A stretch of 64,000 nucleotides of DNA, taken from the NCBI GenBank assembly GCA_025558095.1, contig JAIVFI010000029.1:186001-250000 (forward strand), read 5' to 3'. Made by a program: the position numbers and the translations under genes. Position 1 is the stretch's first letter, and each line of letters opens with the position of its first letter. Positions 10,638 through 23,203 of this stretch are shown here, in pieces. The notes under the pieces were generated by a model. The model saw only the letters and a program-made list of their open reading frames with translations, searched no databases and was not told the DNA's origin. This stretch comes from Hyaloraphidium curvatum SAG 235-1. Its lineage: Eukaryota; Fungi; Monoblepharomycota.

Positions 10638-11705
10638 ATGTCGGAGGCCAAGAGGAAGAACGTCGAGGGTGGGCATCGCCGCCGGACTCGCGCCCGCGAG
10701 GCGGGGCGGGGACAAGGGGACGGACCGGCCATCGCGCGCACCAGCGGCCTCAACCGCTCGGAAAATGCTGCCACGGCGGAAAGCAACCAGAGCTCGCATT
10801 CGGCAGCGCGCTATGGCCGTGACGTGCTGTGCGGCTTGGGGGAGCCGTGCCTCCGCTTGGCCTCGGGGAAATTGGCCCTTCGTGTCGCCTGAACGCGCCG
10901 AAACCGCTCCTATTGACTCGCCTGGCTCTCCGCTTCCTTTTTCCTCCTTTTGTCACGTGCAGCCGAGGACCCGGCCGCGAAAAAGGCCAAGGTGCGCGGG
11001 ATGCGGCCTGTTTGCCTCCCGCCCGCCTGCTCACTCTCGTGTCCTGCCCGGTTGCTCCCGCCTGCGTTACGCGCCGCGCGCCGATAGACCGACGAGGAGG
11101 AGAACGAAGAGGAGCCCGAAGAGGATGCCGAGGCCAGCGGTTCGTAGACGGTCGGCCGTCAGCATTCGTGCTGGTGCTCATTCGTGCACTTCTCGCTCCC
11201 TCGACTATTCAGAGGACGTTGAAGAGGCCGAGGGAGCCGAAGCGGCCGTAGAAGTCCTGGAGGACGACGAGGACGACGAAGAAGGTCCGTTTCTGCGCAG
11301 GATGCCGGGACCATTGCTCACCGCGGTCCAATCTACTTTCGGCTTCGTGATTTCGCTTTCGTCGTTCAGACGGCGACTTCGAAGCCGGAGAAGACGACGA
11401 AGACGACGGTTAGTCCGCATTCCCGCGATGCGGGTAGTCGCCTCCAGGTGGCGTCTCTGACTTGTGCGACCTTAAACCCAGACGGCGAAGGCGAAGATGG
11501 AGAGGACGGAGATGAGGACGAGGGTGGTGAAGGCGAGGAAGGCGAGGAGGGCGGCGAGGTCAGTGCTCTCCCCTGGTTTGTTCCGAAGGTCGCCGCTGAC
11601 AAGGATTGTTCCTACCCGCAGGGCGAGGACGGCGAGGACTACGGGGAAGATGGTGGCGAGGAGGGTGGCGATGATGAGGAGGGCGGCGAGGAGGACGAGG
11701 AGTAA
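10638..11705 (+). CDS. Small, extremely acidic (prothymosin-like) protein, 127 aa, 7 exons
   Basis: Exons 10638-10668, 10963-10991, 11088-11139, 11213-11284, 11370-11408, 11482-11558 and 11622-11705 are all bounded by GT/AG and phase-consistent. They give MSEAKRKNVEAEDPAAKKAKTDEEENEEEPEEDAEASEDVEEAEG...GGDDEEGGEEDEE*. Confidence 0.8.
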
Positions 11706-12175
11706 ACGCCGAGGATCTTGTGCCGATCCCGACGGTCGATCTTGCCTAGTTTATATCTGCAGCTAATGTTTGACCTTCGGTCATGGATATGCGCTGCTTG
11801 TGACGCATGTACGCTACTCGACGTTCTTGAGTTTTCCGGCGCGAATGAAGGGATGAAGGAAGGGGAATGGGCCGTGTGGAGGGAAAGGGAAAGGGGATGG
11901 GGGAGGTCGAGCGCTGACGCTGCGGTCTGCGCGACCGGATGCAACTGGATTCCTCCACAAAGGGCTCGAACCGTTCTCTAGCGGCGTTGAGAGACAGACG
12001 CGGGACTTGCCGGACGCCGTCACGTTTCGTTTGCGGCGGCCCGCCTCGGACGGAGCGTGGCACGGCCCTGGTTGATTTGGACGGGCGTCCCACTCGGTCC
12101 CACGGAGTCTCTAGAGCTGCTCGAGGGTTTCTGCCGAGTCGTGGCTCTGTCGGAGAGGCCGAGTGACTTTGGACA

Positions 12176-14605
12176 ATGTCGGACCGTGTGGTCTTTGACC
12201 TTGACAGCGACTCCGAGGAGGGGCCGCATGCTTCGAGCGACGAGGACTCGGTGGAAATCATTTCTGCGGCGCCGAAGCGGCAGAAGGTTTCCAATGGCGC
12301 CGCTGGCAAGGTCGTTGTCGTTAAAGCGGCTCAGATCAAGCCGGTGCTGTATAAGAGCACCAGTGCTCATACCAAAGATGCCCGCGTTTCAGACGTGGCC
12401 TCACGGGACCGGCCGGTCCATCGACCCAAGGAAGTCATTCCTCTCGAGCGGACTTCGCTCACGCCGACACCGAACGCAGCGAGCAATGCGGAAGATGTGC
12501 GTTCGATTGATTTGCTGACGAAGCCCGGGAAGCTGGCTTCCGCGGTTCCCAAACCGAACTCGACGGCCAGCGAGGTCGAGAAGATTCTCTCCGCCAGCAG
12601 GCTCTCGAAGGAAAAGGACGCGGTGACCGCGGCGCCGAAGCCTTCGGCGTTGACCGACGTTTCGGATCGGCCTCGAGAGCCTTCGTTTGCAGCTTTGCAC
12701 TGTGCAAGGCCAGAAGCATTGCATGAGAACGACGAGCTCGCAAGCTCGGCTGGATCGCAATCTCCGAGCCTTCCGCCCTGTCAGAGATCCGCTGCCGAGA
12801 TGGACGTGACAGTTGCTGCCTCAAATGCCCTACGCTCTCATCGAACGGGAGACGAAGCTGGAACGACGGGTCCGGCTTCCCCGCAATCGATATCTTCATC
12901 CGGTGCTCAACGGCGGCCCGAGATGAAGGCGGTGTCGAAACCTGCGAAAGTCGAGTCGCTGAAAGCGCCACCGCCGAAAGCACCACCGCCGAAAGCGTCA
13001 CCGCCGAAAGGGAAGGGGCGGCAGAAAACTGCGCCTGCACCTCCGCCGGAGGAGGATAGCGGCGAGGAATTTACCGTGGAGAAGATCCTGGGCAAGAGAA
13101 TCAACAAGAAGGGCAAGACTGAATACCTCGTGAAGTGGTGCGTGTCTGCTGCAATACGCTTTGTTGGTACGAAACCTCAACTGCTTTCTAGGCTCGGATA
13201 CGATGACCCAAAAGAAAACACCTGGGAGCCCGAAGAAGGCTTAGGCAACTGCAAACGGGCGATCAGGGATTACGAGCGGGAGGAGGCCGCGAAGCTGAAG
13301 TCCAAGTCTGCCCCCGCTGCCGCACCCTCTTCGAAGGTGCAAAGCAAAGGACGGCCAGCGGACGCCGGCACTCGGAGCGGCGCAGGTTCCGGCGCTCAGC
13401 CTGGGAAAGAGTCGAGGCAAGGCGGCCAGAAGCGACGCCTCTCCGAGGATTCGGAGGACACCGTTGTCAAAGCTGACAAAGGAAAACGGGTGGGTGTTTC
13501 TTGATGGCAGCAAAGCCGCTTTGGCGTGACTGGATGCTCCCAGAGAGCTTCCGACCCCGCATCCTCCACGGCCACGAGCCCTTTGCTTCCCTATCCATTT
13601 CCCACGCCTGCCAACCAAGTCATCTACTCGCACGTGGTCGGGACCGAGGAGCGTTCCTCCGACGCGGCGGCGGTACGGCAGTGGAGAACGGCCCTTGCCG
13701 GCGCGGTTGCGGAGTGTGTTCGCCTTGAGGTCGAGAACTCGGTCGACTTTGACGGCCCGCCTGCCGGTTTCAGGTACACCATCGAATCGGTGTACTCGGA
13801 CGTCAGCAAGCCCGATGCGGACGCGCTGGTTGCCTGCTCTTGCGAGGTCAGCTGCGTGGATTCCACAACGTGCGAATGCGCGCAGTACGACGACGGAAAG
13901 ACGCACCGCGCGTACGACTCTCGGGGCCGCGCCGTTGACCCGGACTTCAGGGTGATCAAGGAGTGCAACCAGCTTTGCGGATGCGGCAAAGACTGCAGGA
14001 ACCGCGTGGTGCAGAACGGCCGGCAGATCCCCATGCAAATCTTCAAGACGAAGAACCGCGGATGGGGCGTCCGGCCCCTCGTTCCCATCGAATCCCGCAC
14101 CTTTGTGGCCGAGTACGTCGGTACCGTGACGAGGATCGAGGACGTGATGGCGCTCGAGGAAGACCGCAGCGTCGACCAGCGCCGTAAGGAATACTTCTTC
14201 GACCTTGACCTTGCGGACAGCGACAGGGACGGCGGAGAGACGAAATTCAGCATTGATGCCTTCAAGTACGGCAACGTGACGAGGTTCTTCAATCACTCGT
14301 GCAGGCCGAACCTGGACACGTACAGCGTCTTCATCGACAGCCAGGACGGGCAGCTCTACCGCATCGCATTCTTTACAAACCGGGACATTGCTGCGGGCGA
14401 GGAGCTGACGTTTGATTACCAACCCGGCCAGGAGGAGCGGGAGGAGGGCAAGAAGACGGGTGCGACGAAGGGGCAAAGGAAGAGGAAGCGCGGTGCGGGC
14501 CCGGGGCAGGGATTGGCGAGCCCGCGCCGCAGGAACAAGTTGCGATGCTACTGCAACTCGGACAACTGCCGCGGGACCGTCTGGACCCAGGAAGGAGACA
14601 ACTGA
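12176..14605 (+). CDS. clr4: Clr4/SUV39H-type histone H3K9 methyltransferase (chromodomain, pre-SET, SET, post-SET)
   Basis: Chromodomain EEFTVEKILGKR...EYLVKW/LGYDDPKENTWEPE, Cys-rich pre-SET ECNQLCGCGKDCRNRVVQ, SET motifs RGWGV, RFFNHSCRPN and EELTFDY, and post-SET CYCNSDNCRG. Introns at about 13138-13191 and about 13489-13543. Confidence 0.93.
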
Positions 14606-14657
14606 TTTGGCGATCATTGATCGATACCCGCCTCTTCCTGTACATACGTGGGGTTTT

Positions 14658-17600
14658 TCATTTGGAGAACAGGCGCCTTTTGCGGCCCCGGCCCTTTTGC
14701 TTGAGTGCCGCGTCGGCCGCCTCGGCAGAAGCGTCGACTACCTCTGCCGTCTCGCTGTGCGATTCCTCCGCTTCAGCTGCATCCGCTGCCACTGTCTCCG
14801 CCTCTCCTTCCGCTGCCTCCGCCTCCACGGTCTCCGATTCCGATGCGCTAGGCTGCCATTTCGCAGCACTGTCCTGAGCGGCGCGCTGCGTCACCGTGAA
14901 CGCAAACGGTTTCGGCGTAACCGCAACTCCTTTGGCGTTGACCACAAAGTTTTCGAAGTACCCGACCGCTCCCTCTGCGATCAGCCCCTCGTAGTAGCCT
15001 GCCACGGCCTTCTGCAGCTGGGCGGCCGAGATCCCCCTCTCCTCGCCCCACGGGACCCAATCCTTGGGCAGCGCCGCCACGACCGTCGTCCCTTCGACGG
15101 TCAGCCTCGAGCAATGCAGGCACAACCCGAAGCGCTTGGCCCGCGATTCGCGGTTGAACTTGCGGTCGCCCATCACAGGGGTCCGGAGCACGTTGGCCGC
15201 GAAGGCGCGGACCTGGTGCTTGCGCCCCGTCTCGGGGACGAAGAGCACTACCGACCCCAGCGGAAAGCGAGCGAGCACGCGGTAGGAGGTGACGGCCTCG
15301 CGGGTGCCGGGTGCTGGGTCCTCCCGCATCCGCATGACCTCGTGGCCCGGCGCGCCGACGAGCCCGATGTAGTTGCGCACCGTGTCCGAGTCGGGGATGT
15401 CCGCGTCCAAGGGCCCGTTCAGGAAGGCGAGGTACTCCTTCGTCAGCCCCTCCGGGACGCCGTCCCAGTCCTCGCCGTCCTCGTCAACCTCGCGTGCCGC
15501 AGCTTCTTCGCCTTCGGCAGACGCCGCATCGGCAGCCTGTCCAGCTTCGTCGACGGCTTCCGTGCTGGCCTCGTCGACAACCTCCTCGACGGCCTCCTTT
15601 CTGGCTTGTTCGATCGCATCCGAAGTGTTCTTCGCGAAAGCGTCCCCGAGCCTCCTCGCCGCCTCCTCGCTCCTCGCCAGCACCACCACCCCCGTCGTGT
15701 CCTTGTCCAGCCTATTGACGGTCCGCAGCTGCTCACCCGGGAACGCCAGCGCCAGCCGCTCCGTCAGCGGCAGCACTCTTTCCGGGTTCCCGTAGCCCGG
15801 ATGCATGGGGCACCGCCCGGGCTTGTCCAGGAAGAGCAGTTCCTCGGTCGAATGGAGCTCGCGGCCGCGCAGGTCGTCGGCGAGCTCGTAAAGTAGCGCC
15901 TCGCGCTTGGCGGCGGCTCGGGCGGCCTTGCGCGCCTCCTTGCGCTCCATCTTGCGCTCGGCCCTGCTCTTTGGGGGGGCGGCGGGGCCGGATGGACCGG
16001 CGGATCCCTGCTCCGCGGCGCCTTCCATCGCGTCGACCGCGCTCTCCTCCTTCTTCCCTTTCCCGACCGCCTTCGACTGCGGTCCCTTCCCGCCCACGCC
16101 GGCGGCGGCCTCCTGCGCCGCCAGGTCGGGCACATAGCGCTTCTTCCACTCCTCGAAGTCCACCAGCTCGGCCACCCTCCCGCGCACCGTGCCTTGCCCC
16201 GTCTCGCGCCGCGTCATAAACACCTGCACCACCTCCCCCTTGCGCAGCTTATCCGAGGGGTGGTGCACCTTCCTCCTCGTGTTGTCTGCCTGCAGCACAA
16301 ACACCCGCCCGGAAAACACCAGCAGCCGCATCGTCGCCCGCGTGATCGTGGGCAGGAAGCGCTTGTGCACGTGGGTGAAGTCCCTGCCGTCGTCCTCCCT
16401 GCCCACCTGGTGGCTGACGAGCTGGGTGGGCGCGTTCGGGTCCAGCTTGTTCTCCTCGAGCGTCGCGCGGTCCCGCGACATGCGGGAGTCGCGCTCGCGC
16501 TCGCGCCGGGCGTCGTCCTTGCGGCCCTGCCACCACGGGCCGTCCTCGGGGTCCGCGCGGGAGGGAGGGCGGCGGTCGGAGTCTTTGCCGCCGCGCCTGT
16601 CGCGCAGCGGAGGCCTTGCGTTCTCCCCTTTGGGATCGAGGGCGCCGGAGCCCTCCGACCTGTCCCGCCTGAGTGGCGGCCTTTCCGGGTCGGATCGGGC
16701 ATCCCGGCCAGCGTATCCTTCGGACCTGCTCCTGAAGGCGCCCCGGTCGCCGTCCCTGCCTCCGTAGGCTTCAGACCTGCCCCGGGACGGGGCGCGTTCC
16801 GAAGAGGGTTCCCTGTTTGGCCGAACGGGTCCGCCATGGTCCCTCGTGGAGGCACGCGCAGGGCGTCCGCCGTCCTCTCGTTCCCTGCTACGCGGGGCGC
16901 GGTCAACGGGGGGATCGAAGAAGTCGTCGTCGCCCTCGTCTCTTTCGAAGGATCGGCGTGGCGGGCGGTCGGAATCGCGGCTGAAGGGCGCGCGGGCAGA
17001 GTCGCGGCCACCGAAATCGGCGCGCGGTGGGCGTGCGGAATCGCGGCCACCGAAATCTGCGCGTGGCGGGCGGGCAGAGTTCCTGTCGAAGGTGGGACGC
17101 GGCGGCCGCTCGAAGTCGCGGTCAAAGCTCGGCCGCGCAGGCCGCTCGGTGTCGAAGCTGGACCGCTGCGGTCTGTTGAAGTCGCGGTCAAAGCTGGAAC
17201 GCGGCGGCCTCTCCATGTCGCGATCGAAGCCGGTCCGCTGAGGGCGCGCCGTTGGCCGATCGTAGTCCGCGCGCGGAGGGCGGAAAGGCTCGCGGTCGGT
17301 GTCGAAGCGCGCCGGCCGTGAAGGCTCGCGATCGAAGCCACGATCGCGGGCGTCAAAGTCGCGCGGCGGGCGGCTGCGCTCCCGCGGCTCAAAGTCCCGG
17401 TCTTCGCTGCGCCAGCGCGGGGCAAAAAGGCCCCTCTCGGGGCGTCCCTCGGGCCTGCCCTGCGCGACGCGGCCCCGCTCGGGCGCCCAGTCCCGCTCCC
17501 TTTCCGGGGCTCGTCCCGCGCGCTCCCGCAGAGCGTCCGCAGACCTGCTGCCGGGGCCGCCGTCCAAATCGTCGACCATTTCGCGCACGGCCGCGTAGCT

Positions 17601-17903
17601 CGTGCGGCCGGAGGCGCGCTGCGAGCGCAGCAGGCCGTCCCCGCCGTCGCGCGGCCGCTGCGGCCGCCTCTGCGGGCCGGCGAGGTCGTCGCGGAGATAC
17701 CATTTTTCCTGCGGCTGCGCGGGCGCCTCGGTCGGCTCGGCCGCCGGGGCCTCCGCGTCGCTGCGCAGCCGCGCCATCCGCGCCGCAGAGAGCCCTCCGC
17801 GCTGGCGCCCGCGGCCACCAGTCGATTGCGCGCGCGCAATTGGGGCCCATGGAGGACGCAGAAGCGCCGCGACGCGCGCACGGATGATCGCGGGGGGGCG
17901 CAT
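14658..17903 (-). CDS. RluA-family pseudouridine synthase with a long Arg/Asp-rich N-terminal extension; probably mitochondrial
   Basis: 1081-aa ORF with motifs LLFLDKPG, VNRLDKDTTGVVVLARS, KEYLA, PETGRKHQVR, TPVMGDRKF and LCLHC. The N terminus is Arg-rich and lacks acidic residues, like a mitochondrial presequence. Confidence 0.85.
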   Translation of the reverse strand: MRPPAIIRARVAALLRPPWAPIARAQSTGGRGRQRGGLSAARMARLRSDAEAPAAEPTEAPAQPQEKWYLRDDLAGPQRRPQRPRDGGDGLLRSQRASGRTSYAAVREMVDDLDGGPGSRSADALRERAGRAPERERDWAPERGRVAQGRPEGRPERGLFAPRWRSEDRDFEPRERSRPPRDFDARDRGFDREPSRPARFDTDREPFRPPRADYDRPTARPQRTGFDRDMERPPRSSFDRDFNRPQRSSFDTERPARPSFDRDFERPPRPTFDRNSARPPRADFGGRDSARPPRADFGGRDSARAPFSRDSDRPPRRSFERDEGDDDFFDPPVDRAPRSREREDGGRPARASTRDHGGPVRPNREPSSERAPSRGRSEAYGGRDGDRGAFRSRSEGYAGRDARSDPERPPLRRDRSEGSGALDPKGENARPPLRDRRGGKDSDRRPPSRADPEDGPWWQGRKDDARRERERDSRMSRDRATLEENKLDPNAPTQLVSHQVGREDDGRDFTHVHKRFLPTITRATMRLLVFSGRVFVLQADNTRRKVHHPSDKLRKGEVVQVFMTRRETGQGTVRGRVAELVDFEEWKKRYVPDLAAQEAAAGVGGKGPQSKAVGKGKKEESAVDAMEGAAEQGSAGPSGPAAPPKSRAERKMERKEARKAARAAAKREALLYELADDLRGRELHSTEELLFLDKPGRCPMHPGYGNPERVLPLTERLALAFPGEQLRTVNRLDKDTTGVVVLARSEEAARRLGDAFAKNTSDAIEQARKEAVEEVVDEASTEAVDEAGQAADAASAEGEEAAAREVDEDGEDWDGVPEGLTKEYLAFLNGPLDADIPDSDTVRNYIGLVGAPGHEVMRMREDPAPGTREAVTSYRVLARFPLGSVVLFVPETGRKHQVRAFAANVLRTPVMGDRKFNRESRAKRFGLCLHCSRLTVEGTTVVAALPKDWVPWGEERGISAAQLQKAVAGYYEGLIAEGAVGYFENFVVNAKGVAVTPKPFAFTVTQRAAQDSAAKWQPSASESETVEAEAAEGEAETVAADAAEAEESHSETAEVVDASAEAADAALKQKGRGRKRRLFSK
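16992..17280 (-). repeat. Coding tandem repeats within the pseudouridine synthase gene
   Basis: A 39-nt unit (tcgcggccaccgaaatc at about 17002 and 17041) encodes SARPPRADFGGRD twice, followed by degenerate units of about 11-12 aa (RPxRxxFDRD). Confidence 0.8.
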
Positions 17904-18011
17904 GTCTGCTTTGTTTGTGCTGGCGTCTGTTTACTGGCCCGGCCGCGATCGAGGCGTCGCGATTCACTAGAGGTTTCGTTCGCAACGACAGACCGACATC
18001 CGCTCTCGCAT

Positions 18012-19826
18012 TCACGCCGCCGATACTGACACCACGCTCTCCCTCCTTTCGAGCTCCGGAATCCGCAGCCCGAGCAGCACCCGGCCCCACGGTATCGCAT
18101 CCTTCCTCTCGACGGCCGCCCGCTGCCCCGCGGCGTCACTCCCGCTCGCCCACGGCTCCTTCCCTAGCCTGTCCATAGCAAACCAGGGCAGGAACGCCGC
18201 AAGGAGCATTCCCGCGGCGCAGGCGGCATTCAGCGCCGAGATGATGGTGTAGAAGGGCCCGACACCGATCGAGTACCCCGGTACGACGATCAGGGGCGCC
18301 GCGGCACCGAACAACCACCGCATGGCGTTCAGCAGGGACACGATCGCCGCCGGCCGCTGCGGGAAGCAGTCCACCAGGTAGCTGGTCACCACGGTTTGAA
18401 CGAGGAAGTTTGAAAATCCGAGGAGCAGGAAGGCCGGAATCACGACGGGCCAGGGCAGCAGCGCGATCGTCCAGCCGTACAGCAGCGGCCCCAACGGGCA
18501 AAGCAATGCGCCCAGCCAAGACGACTTGAGCCGGTCCTCGCACAGAGCGGCCCGCCGCAGGCGGCGCAGGGAGATCACGGTCCGGTCCGCCAGCAGCCCC
18601 CCCACAAGCGAGCCGATGATCATGCCCGCGCATATCGGGAGCGACATGTAGCCCGCCGAACTGACGCTCAGCCCGTAGACGGCCTGCAGGTCCCGCGAGT
18701 AGGAGCTGGCCAGCGCGTAGTAGGTCGCGTAGCCGACCGCGGGGGCGATCATGGCGAGGAGCAGCGCGGGGGTCCGGAAAGCGACCAGGGCGCCGAACCG
18801 GGCCGCCCTTTGCGCGGCAGCCGCGGGAGCGGGCGCGGGATCCGGCGTTGCAGCCGGAGCAAGACCATCCTTCGGCTTCGCTTTCACGTCCTCCGCCCTC
18901 AAAGCGGCGGTAGCCGGGATGCCGAGCGCCGCGCGGCGCTTCTTCTCCAGCGTCTCGGGGAGAAAGGCAAAGGCCACGGCCACCATCAGAAAGTTGCAGA
19001 TCGAAATGAACGAAAACACGTGGCGGAAGCCGAGGTGCTCCGCCACGACGCCCGCAACCACCGGAGCAATGAGAGGCCCGACGAGCATCAGCACGTTCTG
19101 GGTTCCCAATGCGCGGCCCCGCTCCTCCCGCGGAAAGACGTCGGAGATGACGCCCGCCCCGATCGAGATGCACGCGCCTGAACCCGCCATCTCCACGAGC
19201 CTGGATACCAAGAAAGCGGCGTAGTTTGGCGAAAAGATGCAGCCCACGCTGCCGAGCAGGGCGACCATCTGGGATCCCAGCAGGATCATCCTGCGCCCCG
19301 CGCGGTCGCTCCACGGTGCCCAGACGAGCGGTGCCACGGCAAACAGCACGATCGACAGGGCGAGAACCAGGTTGGTCTGAATCTCCGAGACGCCGAACTC
19401 GGTGCCGATCTCGGGCACGACCGGGACGATGACGGAGGAGTTCATGCTCGCGGTGAGCGCCGAGACGCCGCACTGCGCGGCGATGAGGGCGCGACGGCGT
19501 CGGGACATGGTCGGGAGGAGGGAGGGCGGCACGGGTGGTTCGTCGAAGGCCGATTGCGGGCCCATAGCCATGAAGGCCAGTAGAGGGTGCTTCGTCCGTG
19601 TCGGGGGCGAGGCTTCCAAAGCATTCCCGGTGCCCGATTCCGGCGAGGGCGGTTCCAGTGTTTCCTCCGTTCCGGGCTCCGAGATGCCCCCGTCCTGTCC
19701 TTCCACGGGACCGGCCGGGCTTCGGCATTCGCTCCCGATGGCCTGTCTCTCCGGCCCCTCGCCCGCCGAATCGGTCCTTTCCGGCAAAGGCGGCGACAGC
19801 TCCCGGTCCTCGCCGTCTTCGGCCAT
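18012..19826 (-). CDS. MFS transporter, DHA1 (drug:H+ antiporter) family
   Basis: Twelve-TM pattern with WAPWSDRAGRR, ISDVFPREERGRALG, GPLIAPVVAG, FLPET, CEDRL and SYLVDCFP. The ATG at 19826 is preferred over the upstream in-frame start. Confidence 0.92.
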   Translation of the reverse strand: MAEDGEDRELSPPLPERTDSAGEGPERQAIGSECRSPAGPVEGQDGGISEPGTEETLEPPSPESGTGNALEASPPTRTKHPLLAFMAMGPQSAFDEPPVPPSLLPTMSRRRRALIAAQCGVSALTASMNSSVIVPVVPEIGTEFGVSEIQTNLVLALSIVLFAVAPLVWAPWSDRAGRRMILLGSQMVALLGSVGCIFSPNYAAFLVSRLVEMAGSGACISIGAGVISDVFPREERGRALGTQNVLMLVGPLIAPVVAGVVAEHLGFRHVFSFISICNFLMVAVAFAFLPETLEKKRRAALGIPATAALRAEDVKAKPKDGLAPAATPDPAPAPAAAAQRAARFGALVAFRTPALLLAMIAPAVGYATYYALASSYSRDLQAVYGLSVSSAGYMSLPICAGMIIGSLVGGLLADRTVISLRRLRRAALCEDRLKSSWLGALLCPLGPLLYGWTIALLPWPVVIPAFLLLGFSNFLVQTVVTSYLVDCFPQRPAAIVSLLNAMRWLFGAAAPLIVVPGYSIGVGPFYTIISALNAACAAGMLLAAFLPWFAMDRLGKEPWASGSDAAGQRAAVERKDAIPWGRVLLGLRIPELERRESVVSVSAA

Positions 19827-19926
19827 GGCCGGAGATGGCGGCAACGGCGGCTGCGCTGGCAGCGGGAGACCTCGGTCCGTGTTTACTCGGCGGGTGGCAA
19901 ACGTCACCGACCCGCAATTCGACGCC

Positions 19927-21892
<1,966 letters not shown>

Positions 21893-21904
21893 TCGACTGT
21901 TGTT

Positions 21905-22447
21905 CTACGGCCGCCAGCACTCGCTGGGAGGAGCACCATGGATCGCGACGTGCCACAGGTCCTCGGGGACCAGCCACCGACCGGCAGCGCAATCGGCGTA
22001 GGAGCGGTAGCGTCCAAACGCATAGTCTGCCGCCCGAAGGACCGGGGCAGGCGAGACGTCCAGGCAGACCTCGATGACGTCCACCGACTCGGGCAAGTTC
22101 GTGGCAAGCGCATCTTCGCCCTCGACATCCTCATGCGAATCGTACTCCTCAGGAAACCCCAATCCCCAGTCCTCGTAGTGGATGTCGTCGTCCTCGAAAC
22201 GCTCCCACTCCATGGGCCAGACCTTGCCCGGCCTCGAACCCCCCCTGCAGATCCCGCAGTTGGTATTGCCGTTGGAGCATTTGGACGTGAACCGGCTGCG
22301 GTTGGTCGGAACGGGCTCCGCACGCCGGTCGTCGACCTGTGCGCGACCGAAGCCAAGGCCATCATCGCGGGTCCCCAAAAGTGCACGCCTGCTGTAGACG
22401 TCACGCCGCGCGTCCTTGCGCAGGTTGGCCCGGCCGAGGCGGCGCAT
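21905..22447 (-). CDS. Hypothetical protein
   Basis: An ATG-initiated ORF fills the gap between katanin and the OTU-like gene. It has a basic N-terminal half, a CSNGNTNCGIC cluster and an acidic middle, with no recognised domain. Confidence 0.35.
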   Translation of the reverse strand: MRRLGRANLRKDARRDVYSRRALLGTRDDGLGFGRAQVDDRRAEPVPTNRSRFTSKCSNGNTNCGICRGGSRPGKVWPMEWERFEDDDIHYEDWGLGFPEEYDSHEDVEGEDALATNLPESVDVIEVCLDVSPAPVLRAADYAFGRYRSYADCAAGRWLVPEDLWHVAIHGAPPSECWRP

Positions 22448-22648
22448 CGCGAAGGACGGTCGCCGCTGTTGTCGAAAAGACAGCACCTGCGCTCTCCGTG
22501 TGGAGATTCAAAAAGCTGCTCCACAGGCCGCATGCGCCACGGACGAGGGTAGTGCACACTCAGCTGGCTCAAGGTCAAACCGTCTCCAACTCGAGGACAA
22601 GCGATCGGCCCAGAATACATTCGGCGACTCAACGGGAAAGAAGCCGCG

Positions 22649-23203
22649 CTACCAGCTCGCCGGAACCAGCAACGCGTAGTGGCCGCGCCCCGAAAACTTC
22701 AACGCGATGTCCGACGCCCCGCCGTACCACAGGAGGCGCACCGGTTCGCTCCCTGCGTACTCCTCGCCGTACCTCTTCCCCGGCCGGTTGCGCCCGAGCT
22801 CGTTGGTCCTGTAAACCCAAATCGGCCGGCGGAAGAGCTGCGCCGCGGCGGACAGCTCCGGCCTTCCCCCTGGAACCCAATGGTTCCGCATTTCCGCCAG
22901 GTACGCGTCTATTTTGCCGCCTCCGATGCCGTCGCCTGCGCCGGCGGCGAGCAGGGACTCCAGCTCGGTCCGATGGGATGCCATCGCGTCGACCACGCGA
23001 GTTCTCAAAGAGTCCGCGCGCACGGCACGCGATTCATCGTCGCCGAGCTCGTCCAAGCGAGCCCACGGGTCGGAATCCGGCGCGGGCGGGTGCTCGGCGA
23101 GGTAGTCGGCCGCGTCCAGCGCGCGGAACAGGGACCGGTCGTCGGCCATGACGCGCACGAGGTCCAGCTGCGTCTTTGCGGCGGGCGCGAGGGCGTTGCC
23201 CAT
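22649..23203 (-). CDS. OTU-like domain protein lacking the catalytic Cys (probable pseudo-deubiquitinase)
   Basis: ADDRSLFRA aligns to the OTU consensus xDGxCLFRA. Also LRTRVVD, YLAEM...GGRPELSAAAQLFRRPIWVY, YGEEY...PVRLLW and GHYALL. The protein starts MGNALA. Confidence 0.8.
   Translation of the reverse strand: MGNALAPAAKTQLDLVRVMADDRSLFRALDAADYLAEHPPAPDSDPWARLDELGDDESRAVRADSLRTRVVDAMASHRTELESLLAAGAGDGIGGGKIDAYLAEMRNHWVPGGRPELSAAAQLFRRPIWVYRTNELGRNRPGKRYGEEYAGSEPVRLLWYGGASDIALKFSGRGHYALLVPASW

Noticed and set aside
11845-11910. Purine-rich tract downstream of the acidic-protein gene
   Set aside because: Low-complexity UTR or intergenic sequence with no defined repeat unit or coding signal.
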